Below, piece after piece: positions 29,358 to 38,565 of a DNA stretch of 47,776 nucleotides. The DNA lies in contig CAZGUU010000003.1 of NCBI GenBank assembly GCA_964529315.1, positions 1-47,776 of the forward strand. The letters run 5' to 3'. The translations under genes and the position numbers were made by a program. Source of the DNA: an uncultured Enterobacteriaceae bacterium (GTDB lineage: Bacteria; Desulfobacterota; Binatia; UBA12015). A model generated the notes under the pieces. It ran no database searches, had not been told where the DNA came from, and saw nothing but the letters and a program-made list of their open reading frames with translations. The first letter of the stretch is position 1; each line of letters opens with the position of its first letter.

Positions 29358-31886
29358 TCAGCCCGAAACCAGCTCGCGGATCTCGCCGGCCACCTCGCTT
29401 GTCAAGCGCAATGTAAGCAAGCGGCCCTCTCGCCAGGCCTCGGCTTGGTCCAGGGCGTGCGCGGTGTCCATCCGACCCGACTCCCCCGCAGGCAGCGCAA
29501 GCTGCACCTCGTCGCTCGCCAGGTCGACGATCATCCGCGCAACCGGCCCGCCAGCGACGGTGAACGGTACCTCCAGGCGTCGTGTCGCGCGCTGCCAGAC
29601 GGTGAAGGCAGATCCAGCCGCCGGCGTCGGCGGGCCTGTGGCAAAGCGCTCCTCCGTCGCGAGCGGGTGTCGCGGCTCGGCGCGGTGGATCGCTCCCCAG
29701 CTCCAGGCCTGAGAATCGCCGCCGAGTTGCTCCCGCAGCCAGTCCGCCGCTCGGCCGAGGGCCGCGCACAGCGCACTTGCCTTGGCCTCCTCGCCGGCGA
29801 ACCAAGGAGACACCGGCGCCGCGAGGAGGCGCGCCAGGACCGGCCACAGGAGGTGCAGGTCGGAGGCCAGCGGCCCGAAGCGGCTCGCGGGGAACAGCTC
29901 CGCCGGGAGGAAGACGAGCAGCGCGAGGTAGGTCAGTGCCGCCGCAGCGCTGTCCGCGGCGGCCTCTCCCCGCCAGGCGAGCAGCATCGGTCGCAACGGC
30001 GCCAGCCGGGGATCTGCAGCGGCCTGCGGCGAGTCCAGGGCCCGGCGCACCTCCGGGAGCACGTCGGCCACGGCCAGGTCGAGCACGTCGCGCAGCGCGC
30101 CCGCGCAGGTGTCCGTGCCGATCGGCTCGTCGCGCCCGAGGAGCTGGGCCAGGCGTCTCGCGGCATGGCGCCCGGGCAGCTCACCGGCAATCGTCGGCAG
30201 CTCGACCGAGGCTGCGGCCACCGTCCCCGCACCAGCCACCACGACCCCGCCGACCGCCTCGCCACGCTCGACGCTGCGGGAGAGGCCTTCCACGGCACGC
30301 CACTGGGCCTCGCCGAGCCACCCTCGCACGGGCAGCTTCGCCTGGGCGTCGCGGACCGGACACCCGCCAAGGAGCCAGGAGCCCACCGCGCCGTCGGCGT
30401 CGGCGGCGACCAACCGCACCGGCAGCGGGCCACGATCGATGCCCTCCGCCGCGCTGGCGACCTCGGCGAGATTGCGGGCCCGCATCACCCCCACCCACCC
30501 GGCGATCGCCGAGCCGATCGGGTTGCCCCCCCACCGCAGCGCGACCCCGGGCGAGCGCGCATCGCCCGCGCCGCAGAGCTGATCGACCAGGTGCGAGACC
30601 AGCGGTCCGTGGCGCGTCTCGGCGACCTCGAAGTGCAGGCTCTCGCCGCCGCGCACGCGCACCACCTCGCGGCGCACGGCGAGCTTGACCCACTCCGCTC
30701 CCGCCCGGAAGTTGCCGATGCCGTCGAGCTCCTCCAGCACGCAGTCGGCGTCGTCGATCTCCGCGCTCACGGTCGCCCAGGCGCACCTCCGGCTGCGGGC
30801 GTTGCGCAGGATCGGGCTGCCCAGGTCGACGAGCCCCGCAACCGCGATGCCCTGCGCCTCGAGGTGGACCGCGTACCCCGGCCCGGGAAGCGTCTCCGCT
30901 CCACCCGGCGCCGCCAGGAGGAGCGGAGCACCGCCTTGCGTCCGCTGCGCCGAGATCGCGCTGGCAACCCCGCTGGGCGTGTCTGCACCGGGCAGGCCGG
31001 CGACCAGGTCCAGGATCCGCGGATCGATGCGCCGCCAGACCGCCGCACGCTCCTCGCCAGCCATCTCGAGTTCGATCGGCACACCGGCGATCCAGCGGGC
31101 ACGCTCGAGCCCGGCCACGGCGACGACGCGAGCCATCAGGAGCTTGGCCGGCCAGACCCGCAGCGCGCGGCTCCAGCTCGCGAGCAGCTCGATGGCCAGC
31201 GAATCGGCGATGGTCCACGGCTCGACCTCGCAGCCGAGCAGCTCGCACTCGGCAGGCCGGATCTCCACCCGGGCCGCGTTGACACCCGCGGTGAACGCCG
31301 CCAGAACGTCGCGCGCCAGGCCCGAAGCGGCCGCGGCTGCCGCGGCCGCGCGGCGCGGCACACCCGCCGTGCGGACCAGCGCATCGTGGTGCGCGAGGGC
31401 AGGCCCGAGAGCTTCGGCCGCGCGTCCGGTGGCGAGCCGGCGCAGCAGGTCCATCTGCCAGAGGCGATCCTCGGCCATGCAGAAGCCGAGCGCCACCCAG
31501 GCATCGTGCTCGCTGCGCGCGAACAGATGCGGAACGCCGCAGGCGTCGCGCACCACGCGCACCGTCCCCGACAGCGCCGGCAGGCTCAGGCGCGGATAGG
31601 GCGAAGGCGGCGCTGGACGGCGGCGACGCGGCTCGGTCTCGGAGTCGTCGCTCTGCTCCGAAGGCTCGCGATCCGGCGCCTCGCGCTCACGCCAGCCGGA
31701 TCCGCCGAAGCCCGGCGCCGTGCGCGGCCCTGGCCGATCGGCCTGCGCGAGCGGCCGGATCGGCGGGATGGCCTCCGGCCAGCGCCGGCCGCCGAAGCCG
31801 CCGCGTGCCGCCTCGCCCTGCGGCTCGGGCACCGGAGGGCTCCCACCACGTCCTCCGCCCGTCGGGCGCGAGCCATCTGAGCTCAT
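29358..31886 (-). CDS. penicillin acylase (S45 Ntn-hydrolase) family protein with a long Gly/Arg/Pro-rich N-terminal extension
   Basis: ORF 29358..32087(-) trimmed to ATG 31886. The family hallmark is VVRDACGVPHLFARSEHDAWVALGFCMAEDRLWQMDLLRR. The first ~115 aa are low-complexity but keep high GC3. No signal peptide is visible. The start is uncertain. Confidence 0.7.
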   Translation of the reverse strand: MSSDGSRPTGGGRGGSPPVPEPQGEAARGGFGGRRWPEAIPPIRPLAQADRPGPRTAPGFGGSGWREREAPDREPSEQSDDSETEPRRRRPAPPSPYPRLSLPALSGTVRVVRDACGVPHLFARSEHDAWVALGFCMAEDRLWQMDLLRRLATGRAAEALGPALAHHDALVRTAGVPRRAAAAAAAASGLARDVLAAFTAGVNAARVEIRPAECELLGCEVEPWTIADSLAIELLASWSRALRVWPAKLLMARVVAVAGLERARWIAGVPIELEMAGEERAAVWRRIDPRILDLVAGLPGADTPSGVASAISAQRTQGGAPLLLAAPGGAETLPGPGYAVHLEAQGIAVAGLVDLGSPILRNARSRRCAWATVSAEIDDADCVLEELDGIGNFRAGAEWVKLAVRREVVRVRGGESLHFEVAETRHGPLVSHLVDQLCGAGDARSPGVALRWGGNPIGSAIAGWVGVMRARNLAEVASAAEGIDRGPLPVRLVAADADGAVGSWLLGGCPVRDAQAKLPVRGWLGEAQWRAVEGLSRSVERGEAVGGVVVAGAGTVAAASVELPTIAGELPGRHAARRLAQLLGRDEPIGTDTCAGALRDVLDLAVADVLPEVRRALDSPQAAADPRLAPLRPMLLAWRGEAAADSAAAALTYLALLVFLPAELFPASRFGPLASDLHLLWPVLARLLAAPVSPWFAGEEAKASALCAALGRAADWLREQLGGDSQAWSWGAIHRAEPRHPLATEERFATGPPTPAAGSAFTVWQRATRRLEVPFTVAGGPVARMIVDLASDEVQLALPAGESGRMDTAHALDQAEAWREGRLLTLRLTSEVAGEIRELVSG

Positions 31887-32001
31887 GCGGTAGCCGCACT
31901 GGCCAGCGATGCACGGGCCCATCTCGCGCGCTTGCACGTCGCGTCTCGGGGCCGTCGTCGCATACGCATCACACCTACGCTTACCAGACCACGGCCCACG
32001 C

Positions 32002-32475
32002 TCAACGCGCTTGCCGGGCTCGGCCGGGTCGCGAGGGCACGACCAGAACCGGGCAGCGCGCGTGTCGCACGACCCGTTCGGCCACACTGCCCATCACCAG
32101 GTGCGCGAGGCCCGACCTCCCGTGCGTCCCCAGGACGATCAGGTTGCCGCGACCGCTGCCGCCCAGGGCGACGATCCGCTCCGCCGGCCGGCCCAGCTCG
32201 ACCGACGCCCGGACGCCCGGAACCTGGGCCAGCTTACCGCTCCGCAGCCGCTCCATCTCCCGCTTGGCCTGCCGCAGGTGCTCGTCGACGATCGCCTGGG
32301 TCGCGATCGGCGCGCCGCCGAACACGTCCACCCCCGTGAACTCCACCGGCTCGACGACGTAGAGCACCTGCACTCGCGCGCCGACCTGCGCCGCGAGATC
32401 GACCGCGTAGCTCAGGGCCTCGTGAGAGAGCTTCGAGAAGTCGATCGCGACGAGAACCCTCTTGAGCGCTGCCAT
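32002..32475 (-). CDS. universal stress protein (UspA family)
   Basis: C-terminal 157 aa of ORF 32002..33090(-), from ATG 32475 (GAGGAGG upstream). Contains MAALKRVLVAIDFSKLSHEAL and the ATP-binding-type motif LVLGTHGRSGLAHLVMGSVAERVVRHARCPVLVV. Confidence 0.85.
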   Translation of the reverse strand: MAALKRVLVAIDFSKLSHEALSYAVDLAAQVGARVQVLYVVEPVEFTGVDVFGGAPIATQAIVDEHLRQAKREMERLRSGKLAQVPGVRASVELGRPAERIVALGGSGRGNLIVLGTHGRSGLAHLVMGSVAERVVRHARCPVLVVPSRPGRARQAR

Positions 32476-32643
32476 ATCCCCTCCTCTCGACGGCCGCCGA
32501 CCCGCCACCATCGCGTCGGGCACCTCGCCCGCACGAGCGCAGGGCAGCTTAGGCCAAGCCGCCCGGCGCTTCCACCTCGGGCCGCGTCGCGGTACGATCC
32601 CCCCGGTCGCCCCACCCAGCGCGACCAGGAGGCACTTCCCAGA

Positions 32644-32919
32644 ATGCAGACACAGGTGGAAGAGAAAGTCCGACAGGCAGAGGCCGTCCTGCGCTTCGCA
32701 CAGGAGGTCCACCGGCGGCTCGCCGAGCTCGGCTTCGCCGGCATCGACGATCTTCTCTGCCGCTACGCCCAGCTCGAGCGAGCCCTGTCGGCAGTGGCAC
32801 TCCGGGATCTGCAGGGGGCGGCCGAGGAGGCGGCACGCCTCCACGAACGGCTTCGGCGCATGTGCACCGAGCTCGAGCACTTGAGCACCCTCAAGGCTGC
32901 GCTCGCGATGTGCCATTGA
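32644..32919 (+). CDS. hypothetical small helical protein (91 aa)
   Basis: Tail of ORF 31909..32919(+), from ATG 32644, with AGGAGG at 32627-32632. GC3 is high. The sequence looks like coiled-coil/helix (MQTQVEEKVRQAEAVLRFAQEVHRRLAEL...). Its 3' end overlaps the candidate starts of the downstream ATPase. Confidence 0.5.
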   Translation: MQTQVEEKVRQAEAVLRFAQEVHRRLAELGFAGIDDLLCRYAQLERALSAVALRDLQGAAEEAARLHERLRRMCTELEHLSTLKAALAMCH

Positions 32920-34475
32920 GGCAGGACCCCGCCGATCGCGCGGCGCACGCCGTGAAGCACGACGAGCAAGAGCGCACCGACAGCACCGAGCTCCTCCTCG
33001 AGGTCTTGCCGAACCAGGTGCGCGACGCCCTGCGACGCCACCCGGATCTCGAGAGCCTGGTCGAGGTCGTGCTCGACCTCGGGCGCGCACCCGAGGCCCG
33101 CTTCCCCGGGGACACCGTCTGGCTGGGGGACGAGCTGGTGACGCGCGAGGATCTCGCGCACACCACCGCCCAGCTCGGCGCGTTCACCAGCGACAACCGC
33201 GCCGGAATCGAGCGCACGCTGCATCGCGTATCGGCCATGCGCAACCGAGCCGGCGACATCGTCGGCCTGACCTGTCGTGTCGGTCGCGCCGTGCTCGGGA
33301 CGGTCGAGATCCTCCGCGACGTCGTGGAGTCGGGCCGGAGCACGCTCCTCCTCGGCCCGCCGGGAATCGGCAAGACCACCCTGCTGCGCGAGGCGGCGCG
33401 CGTGCTGGCCTGTGAGGTCGGCCGCCGTGTCGTCGTGGTCGACACGTCGAACGAGATCGGCGGCGACGGCGACATCCCGCATCCCGGCATCGGGCGGGCC
33501 CGACGAATGCAGGTGCCCAGCCCCGAGCGCCAACACGCGGTGATGATCGAGGCGGTCGAGAACCACATGCCGGAGGTGGTGGTCATCGACGAGATCGGCA
33601 CCGAGGCCGAGGCCGCCGCCGCGCGCACCATCGCGGAGCGCGGCGTTCAGCTGGTCGCAACCGCTCACGGTCACTCGCTCGACAACCTGCTCGGCAATCC
33701 GACGTTGGCCGACCTGCTCGGTGGCATCCAGCCGGTGACGCTCGGCGACGAAGAAGCGCGCCGTCGCCACACACAGAAGACCGTGCTCGAGCGGCGTCAG
33801 GCCCCGACCTTCGAGGTGCTCGTCGAGATCGAGACCCGCGATCGGTTCGCGGTGCACCACGACGTGGCTCGCGTGGTCGACTCCGTGCTGCGCGGCCACC
33901 CCGCCGGGCCGGAGATCCGCGAGCGTGACGAGTCCGGCCAGGTGATCGTCCACCCCGCCGAGCCACCTCCGGCCCCGCCCGAGGTGCCCCGGGTCCGACG
34001 CGGCCTGCGCATCTTCCCCTACGCCGTGAGCGAGGAGCGGCTCGAGCGCGCCATCCGCGCCACTGGGGTGCCGGCGGTCCTGGCCCGCTCGGCCAGGGAC
34101 GCAAGCCTGGTGCTCACGCTGCGCACCTACGCAAAGCGCCAGCCCCCGAAGCTGCGCGACGCGCTGGCGCGCGGTCTGCCGGTCCACCTCCTGCGCAACA
34201 GCAGCGCCGCGCAGATCGAGGCGGCGCTGCTCGAGCTCGCGCCCCCGGGCGACGTCGCCAGCTCCACGGACGATTTGGACCGCGAGCTTGGCGAGGACCT
34301 CGACGCGGCGGTACGGGCGGTGCTCGAGCATGGCCGAGCCGTGGAGCTGCGACCGCAGCCCGCAGCGACCCGCCGCCGTCAGCATGCGATTGCGGAGCAG
34401 CATGGCCTCGCGTCGGTGAGCCGCGGACGCGAGCCCAACCGGCGCGTGGTGCTGCTTCCCGCGCACCAGCGGTGA
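32862..34475 (+). CDS. AAA-type ATPase, SpoIIIAA/Ycf45-like, with C-terminal R3H nucleic-acid-binding domain
   Basis: ORF 32862..34475(+), 537 aa. Walker A LLLGPPGIGKTT and Walker B VVVIDEIGTEAE. ATAHG block. C-terminal R3H-like VELRPQPAATRRRQHAIAEQHGLASVSRGREPNRRVVL. The start is ambiguous: GTG 32862, GTG 32910 or TTG 32916. Confidence 0.7.
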   Translation: MHRARALEHPQGCARDVPLRQDPADRAAHAVKHDEQERTDSTELLLEVLPNQVRDALRRHPDLESLVEVVLDLGRAPEARFPGDTVWLGDELVTREDLAHTTAQLGAFTSDNRAGIERTLHRVSAMRNRAGDIVGLTCRVGRAVLGTVEILRDVVESGRSTLLLGPPGIGKTTLLREAARVLACEVGRRVVVVDTSNEIGGDGDIPHPGIGRARRMQVPSPERQHAVMIEAVENHMPEVVVIDEIGTEAEAAAARTIAERGVQLVATAHGHSLDNLLGNPTLADLLGGIQPVTLGDEEARRRHTQKTVLERRQAPTFEVLVEIETRDRFAVHHDVARVVDSVLRGHPAGPEIRERDESGQVIVHPAEPPPAPPEVPRVRRGLRIFPYAVSEERLERAIRATGVPAVLARSARDASLVLTLRTYAKRQPPKLRDALARGLPVHLLRNSSAAQIEAALLELAPPGDVASSTDDLDRELGEDLDAAVRAVLEHGRAVELRPQPAATRRRQHAIAEQHGLASVSRGREPNRRVVLLPAHQR

Positions 34476-34614
34476 GCGGCGCAGCCAGCGCGTGGCGAGA
34501 TCGGACCGAGCCCGGCTCGCGTTCGCGATCTTCGTCGGCTAGGACTGCAGCCGGCCGGAGGCCGCCACGCCCAGGCACGGGGCCGCCGGAAAGAACTCGC
34601 ATGGGGCTCGAGCG

Positions 34615-35565
34615 GTGAGCGAAGACCCAAAGCGGCCAGAGACTCAGGGGTCGCTCTCGGAGCTGATCGGCGAGGTGCTCGAGACCGTCGCCGAGATCGG
34701 CTGGTCGCTGCTCGCCGCGGGCCGTGGCGTGCTCGCCGCGGCGGCTCGTCTCTATCGCTACGCGCAGGGCTCGGACGAGCCCCAGCAGACCTTCGGCGAG
34801 CGGCGCGCGAGCGCATTGGAGCCGCAAGAAGGCGCTGCGCCGCCTGGCTCGCCGATCCGCGACGCGGGGAGCACCGCCGCCCTCGACGCGGATGCGACCG
34901 CCCCCGGAGGCCCGATCACGCAGTGGCCCCCGCGCGCCGAGCCGACGCTGACTCCCCCCAGCACAGCGCAAGAGCTGGAGACCCCGCCCCTGCCCGAGAG
35001 CTATGGCGTCGATCGCCTCCTGGTCGCGCCGCGCGATCCGGCCACGCTGTTCGCCGCCTGGGAGGTCACGGAGGCCACGCGCGAGCGCGCGGCGGCCACC
35101 CTCGTCGGCGACGAGGCATCCGCCACCGGCGCGCGCGAAGCCCTGCGCGTATCGGTCCTCGAGCCGAGCAGCAGCGATCCGGCGGACGCCCGCGAGCCTC
35201 ACGCCACCTGGTTCGTCGAGCTGCCGCCCCTGGCCACCAGCCGCTACGTCGACGTGCCCAGGAGCGAACAGCGCTTTGCCGTGACGCTCGGCCTGATCGC
35301 CGAGTCCCGTTTCGTAGCACTCCTCGAGCCGGCGATCGTCGAGACGCCGGCGAGCGAGGCCTGCGCGGACGCGACGTTTCGCCTGCGGCGCATCGGGGAT
35401 GGCGGCGCGAGCGTGGAGGTCGCGCCGCAGGCGCTGATGGATGCCGCGAGGGAAGCGCTGCGAGAGCTCGAGAGAACCGCCCTCCCCTCCTCGTTCGACG
35501 GGGCCCCTGGACACCGCCTCTCCGAGATGGAGGTCGGTGCGGGCGGTGTCCCGGCGGGACGCTGA
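34615..35565 (+). CDS. DUF4912-like protein
   Basis: ORF 34615..35565(+), 316 aa, GTG start. The block LPESYGVDRLLVAPRDPATLFAAWEV matches my recollection of the DUF4912 signature, which is usually encoded next to GH57 genes. The family call is from memory. Confidence 0.5.
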   Translation: MSEDPKRPETQGSLSELIGEVLETVAEIGWSLLAAGRGVLAAAARLYRYAQGSDEPQQTFGERRASALEPQEGAAPPGSPIRDAGSTAALDADATAPGGPITQWPPRAEPTLTPPSTAQELETPPLPESYGVDRLLVAPRDPATLFAAWEVTEATRERAAATLVGDEASATGAREALRVSVLEPSSSDPADAREPHATWFVELPPLATSRYVDVPRSEQRFAVTLGLIAESRFVALLEPAIVETPASEACADATFRLRRIGDGGASVEVAPQALMDAAREALRELERTALPSSFDGAPGHRLSEMEVGAGGVPAGR

Positions 35566-35621
35566 GAGAGGCGCCGACCACGACCGCCATCGGCAACCGG
35601 ATCGACCGGCAGGAAACGACC

Positions 35622-37208
35622 ATGGACCCCGCAGGCGGCTACCTCGCGCTGGTGCTGCACGCCCACCTCCCCTTCGTGCGGCACCCCGAGCACGGCGACT
35701 TTCTCGAGGAGCGATGGCTCTTCGAGGCCATGACGGAGACCTACATCCCCCTGCTCGAGACGTTCCTCGCGCTGCGCCACGACGGCATCCCCTTCCGTCT
35801 GACCCTGTCGATCTCGCCGCCGCTGCTCCACATGCTGGCCGACCCCCTTCTCCAGGCGCGCTACCTGCGGCACCTCGAGCGGCTGATCGCCTTCGCCGAC
35901 GAAGAGGTCGAGAGGACTCGCGGCGAGCCACGCTTCGAGCGCCTGGCGGCCCTTCACCGGCAGCTGTTCCGTCGCACCCGGCGCACCTTCGCCGACACCC
36001 TCGAGGGAAGCCTGATCCCGACGCTGCGGCGGCTCCAGGAAGAGGGCCACCTCGAGATCATCGCCTGCGCCGCGACGCACGGCTATCTGCCGCTGCTGCG
36101 CCAGCACGAGCACGCGGTGCGCGCGCAGGTCCGGGTCGGCGTCGACGAGTACCGCCGCTTCTTCGGCTGCGAGCCCACCGGCATCTGGCTGCCCGAGTGC
36201 GGCTTCTATCCCGGCCTCGAGGAGGTGCTCGCGGAGCACGACCTGCGCTACTTCCTGGTCGAGACCCACGGCATCCTGCACGCCCGGCCGCGACCAGCCT
36301 TCGGCCCCTACGCGCCGATCGTCACCCCGGCCGGTGTGGCCGCCTTCGGCCGCGACCCCGAGTCCTCGCGCCAGGTGTGGAGCGCCAGCGAAGGCTATCC
36401 CGGCGATCACGACTACCGGGACTTCTATCGCGACATCGGCTTCGATCTCGACGAGAGCTATCTACGCCCACTCCTCCCACCCACGGGCGAGCGCATCGCC
36501 ACCGGGTTCAAGTACCACCGCATCACCGGGCCCACGCCACACAAGGAGCCCTACGACCCCGACTGGGCCGCGGCGAAGGCAGAGGCACACGCGAACAACT
36601 TCCTGTCGCAGCGCGAGCAACAGGTGGTCCGCCTCGGGTCGGTGCTCGGTCAGCCGCCGATCGTGACCGCACCCTACGACGCAGAGCTGTTCGGCCACTG
36701 GTGGTTCGAGGGACCCCAATGGCTGGACCGTCTCCTGCGCAAGGTCGCCTACGAGCAGCGCACCATCGCGCTCACCACCCCGGGCGACTACCTGGCACGC
36801 CACCCCCAGGCCCAGGAGGCGACCCCGGCCCTCTCGAGCTGGGGGCAGAACGGGTACAGCTCCGTGTGGCTGTCGGGAGACAACGACTGGATCTACCGGC
36901 ACCTCCACGCCGCCGCCGAGAGGCTGTGCGCGCAGGCGCGCCGCCATCCCGACGCGAAGGGCCTCACGCTGCGCGCCCTGAACCAGGCCGCGCGCGAGCT
37001 ACTCCTGGCGCAGGCGAGCGACTGGGCGTTCATCATGTCGCGTGGCACCGTGGTGGAATACGCCGTCGAGCGCACCAGAACCCACCTCGGACGCCTGCTC
37101 AAGCTCGATGCCGATCTCGGCGCGGGAGCGATCGACCCCGTCTGGCTGGCCGAGGTCGAGGGGCGCGACAACATCTTCCCGGCGATCGACTACCGGATCT
37201 TTCGCTGA
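35622..37208 (+). CDS. glycoside hydrolase family 57 1,4-alpha-glucan branching enzyme (DUF1957-containing)
   Basis: C-terminal 528 aa of ORF 34923..37208(+), from ATG 35622. Contains GYLALVLHAHLPFVRHPE, ATHGYLPLL, GIWLPECGF and PYDAELFGHWWFEGPQWL. Confidence 0.85.
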   Translation: MDPAGGYLALVLHAHLPFVRHPEHGDFLEERWLFEAMTETYIPLLETFLALRHDGIPFRLTLSISPPLLHMLADPLLQARYLRHLERLIAFADEEVERTRGEPRFERLAALHRQLFRRTRRTFADTLEGSLIPTLRRLQEEGHLEIIACAATHGYLPLLRQHEHAVRAQVRVGVDEYRRFFGCEPTGIWLPECGFYPGLEEVLAEHDLRYFLVETHGILHARPRPAFGPYAPIVTPAGVAAFGRDPESSRQVWSASEGYPGDHDYRDFYRDIGFDLDESYLRPLLPPTGERIATGFKYHRITGPTPHKEPYDPDWAAAKAEAHANNFLSQREQQVVRLGSVLGQPPIVTAPYDAELFGHWWFEGPQWLDRLLRKVAYEQRTIALTTPGDYLARHPQAQEATPALSSWGQNGYSSVWLSGDNDWIYRHLHAAAERLCAQARRHPDAKGLTLRALNQAARELLLAQASDWAFIMSRGTVVEYAVERTRTHLGRLLKLDADLGAGAIDPVWLAEVEGRDNIFPAIDYRIFR

Positions 37209-37329
37209 CCTTCACGCTCCCAGCCGGGATCCGCGCTTGCGAGAAGCCGGCCTCGACCCGCTGCGCATCGCGTTGCGCCGGGGCCATCGCGGGGTTCGGG
37301 CTCCCGCGACGGCCCCGGCCGCGATCCGC

Positions 37330-38565
37330 TCAGGCCTCGAGAAATGCCTCGAGACCCGCCGTGCCGCACAGGTCGCGCAAGCGGCTGAGCGCCTTGGCCT
37401 CCAGCTGTCGGATCCGCTCGCGGCTCACCCCGTAACGGACGCCGATCTCCTCGAGCGTCTCGACCTGATCGTCGTCGAGCCCGAAGCGCAGGCGGATGAT
37501 CGCCTGCTCGCGGTCGGGAAGCTCGGTGAGAACGTTCTCCAGGTGCCGCGACAGGTCTCCGGCCACGCTGCGTGCCTCGGGCCGATCGCCCTGCTCGTCG
37601 GGGATGACCTCGGCGAGCGTACGGTCGTCGTCGTGCCCGAGCTCCATGTCGAGCGACAGGACGTGCGCCGGCTCGGCCATCATCTCGAGCTGGCTCTGGT
37701 CGATGCCGCCGGCCTGGACGATCTCGTCCTTCGACGGTGCACGGTGCAGCTTGCTCTCCAGCGCCTGCGAGAGCCGTCCGACCTTGCGCCGCAGCTCGTG
37801 CCAGTGGACCGGCGTGCGCACCACCGAGCGATCGTTGTCGATCGACCGCGCGATGTACTGCCAGATCCACCAAACCGCATAGGTGGAGAACTTGATGTCC
37901 TTGGCCGGATCGAACTTCTCGACTGCGCGCAGTAGACCGAGCGTCCCCTCCTGGATCAGGTCGGGCAGCGGCAGCCCACGGCGCGCGTGCTTGCGCGCGA
38001 TCGCCGCGACCAAGCGCAGGTTCGCGCGCAGCATCGCATCGCGCGCGCCACGGTAGGCCTCGAGGCGAGCGTCGAGCTCCTTGGCGAACTTGCTCACCCG
38101 CTCGCGCGCCAGGCGGACCTTGCGCAGCTTGGCCGGGCTGCGTGCCAGCCGCCGCGCGCGATCCGCCACCAGCAGGATCTCGCGCTCGCGAAACTCCTCG
38201 GTCGGGCGAATCACGCCGCGGCCCCGCTCGGTCAGGGTCACGTTGACCAACCGCGGGTTGCGCCGCAGCCAGCGCACGACGGCGTCGCGGGCGCGGCTGA
38301 TCTCCTTGGTCAGGGTGCGCTCGGCCTCGCGGTCGAGCAGCGGGGTTCGCGCCAGATCGGCATAGAACCGGCCGAGGACGTCGAGATCCCCGATCAAGGG
38401 CTCCACGGTGGTCGCGGCCTCGGCCTCGAACTCCCCCATCTCTTGCGGCGACGGCGTGGCGCTCTGAGCTGGCTCGTCCTGCGCGGGATCGCTCCACTCC
38501 TGGGCGTCACTCTCGACTGCGTAGGTGGCTGCGCTGTGCATCTCTTCGCTATCCTCGACGTGCAT
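37330..38565 (-). CDS. RNA polymerase sigma factor, sigma-70 family (RpoD/SigA-like, regions 1.2-4.2)
   Basis: ORF 37330..38721(-) trimmed to ATG 38565 (alternative start 38616). Region 2: NLRLVAAIARKHARRGLPLPDLIQEGTLGLLRAVEKFDPAKDIKFSTYAVWWIWQYI. Region 4.2: LEEIGVRYGVSRERIRQLEAKALSRLR. No RpoH box. Confidence 0.85.
   Translation of the reverse strand: MHVEDSEEMHSAATYAVESDAQEWSDPAQDEPAQSATPSPQEMGEFEAEAATTVEPLIGDLDVLGRFYADLARTPLLDREAERTLTKEISRARDAVVRWLRRNPRLVNVTLTERGRGVIRPTEEFREREILLVADRARRLARSPAKLRKVRLARERVSKFAKELDARLEAYRGARDAMLRANLRLVAAIARKHARRGLPLPDLIQEGTLGLLRAVEKFDPAKDIKFSTYAVWWIWQYIARSIDNDRSVVRTPVHWHELRRKVGRLSQALESKLHRAPSKDEIVQAGGIDQSQLEMMAEPAHVLSLDMELGHDDDRTLAEVIPDEQGDRPEARSVAGDLSRHLENVLTELPDREQAIIRLRFGLDDDQVETLEEIGVRYGVSRERIRQLEAKALSRLRDLCGTAGLEAFLEA

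Noticed and set aside
31560-31886. The RRRR stretch in the acylase N-terminal extension, considered as a twin-arginine (Tat) signal.
   Set aside because: No hydrophobic h-region or AxA cleavage site follows the arginines, and the context is Pro/Ser-rich and disordered.
37209-37329. Possible terminator hairpins between the convergent GH57 and sigma-factor genes.
   Set aside because: Only short (5-bp) or loop-less GC pairings were found (GCGCA/TGCGC and CGGCC/GGCCG). This is not distinguishable from chance in GC-rich DNA.
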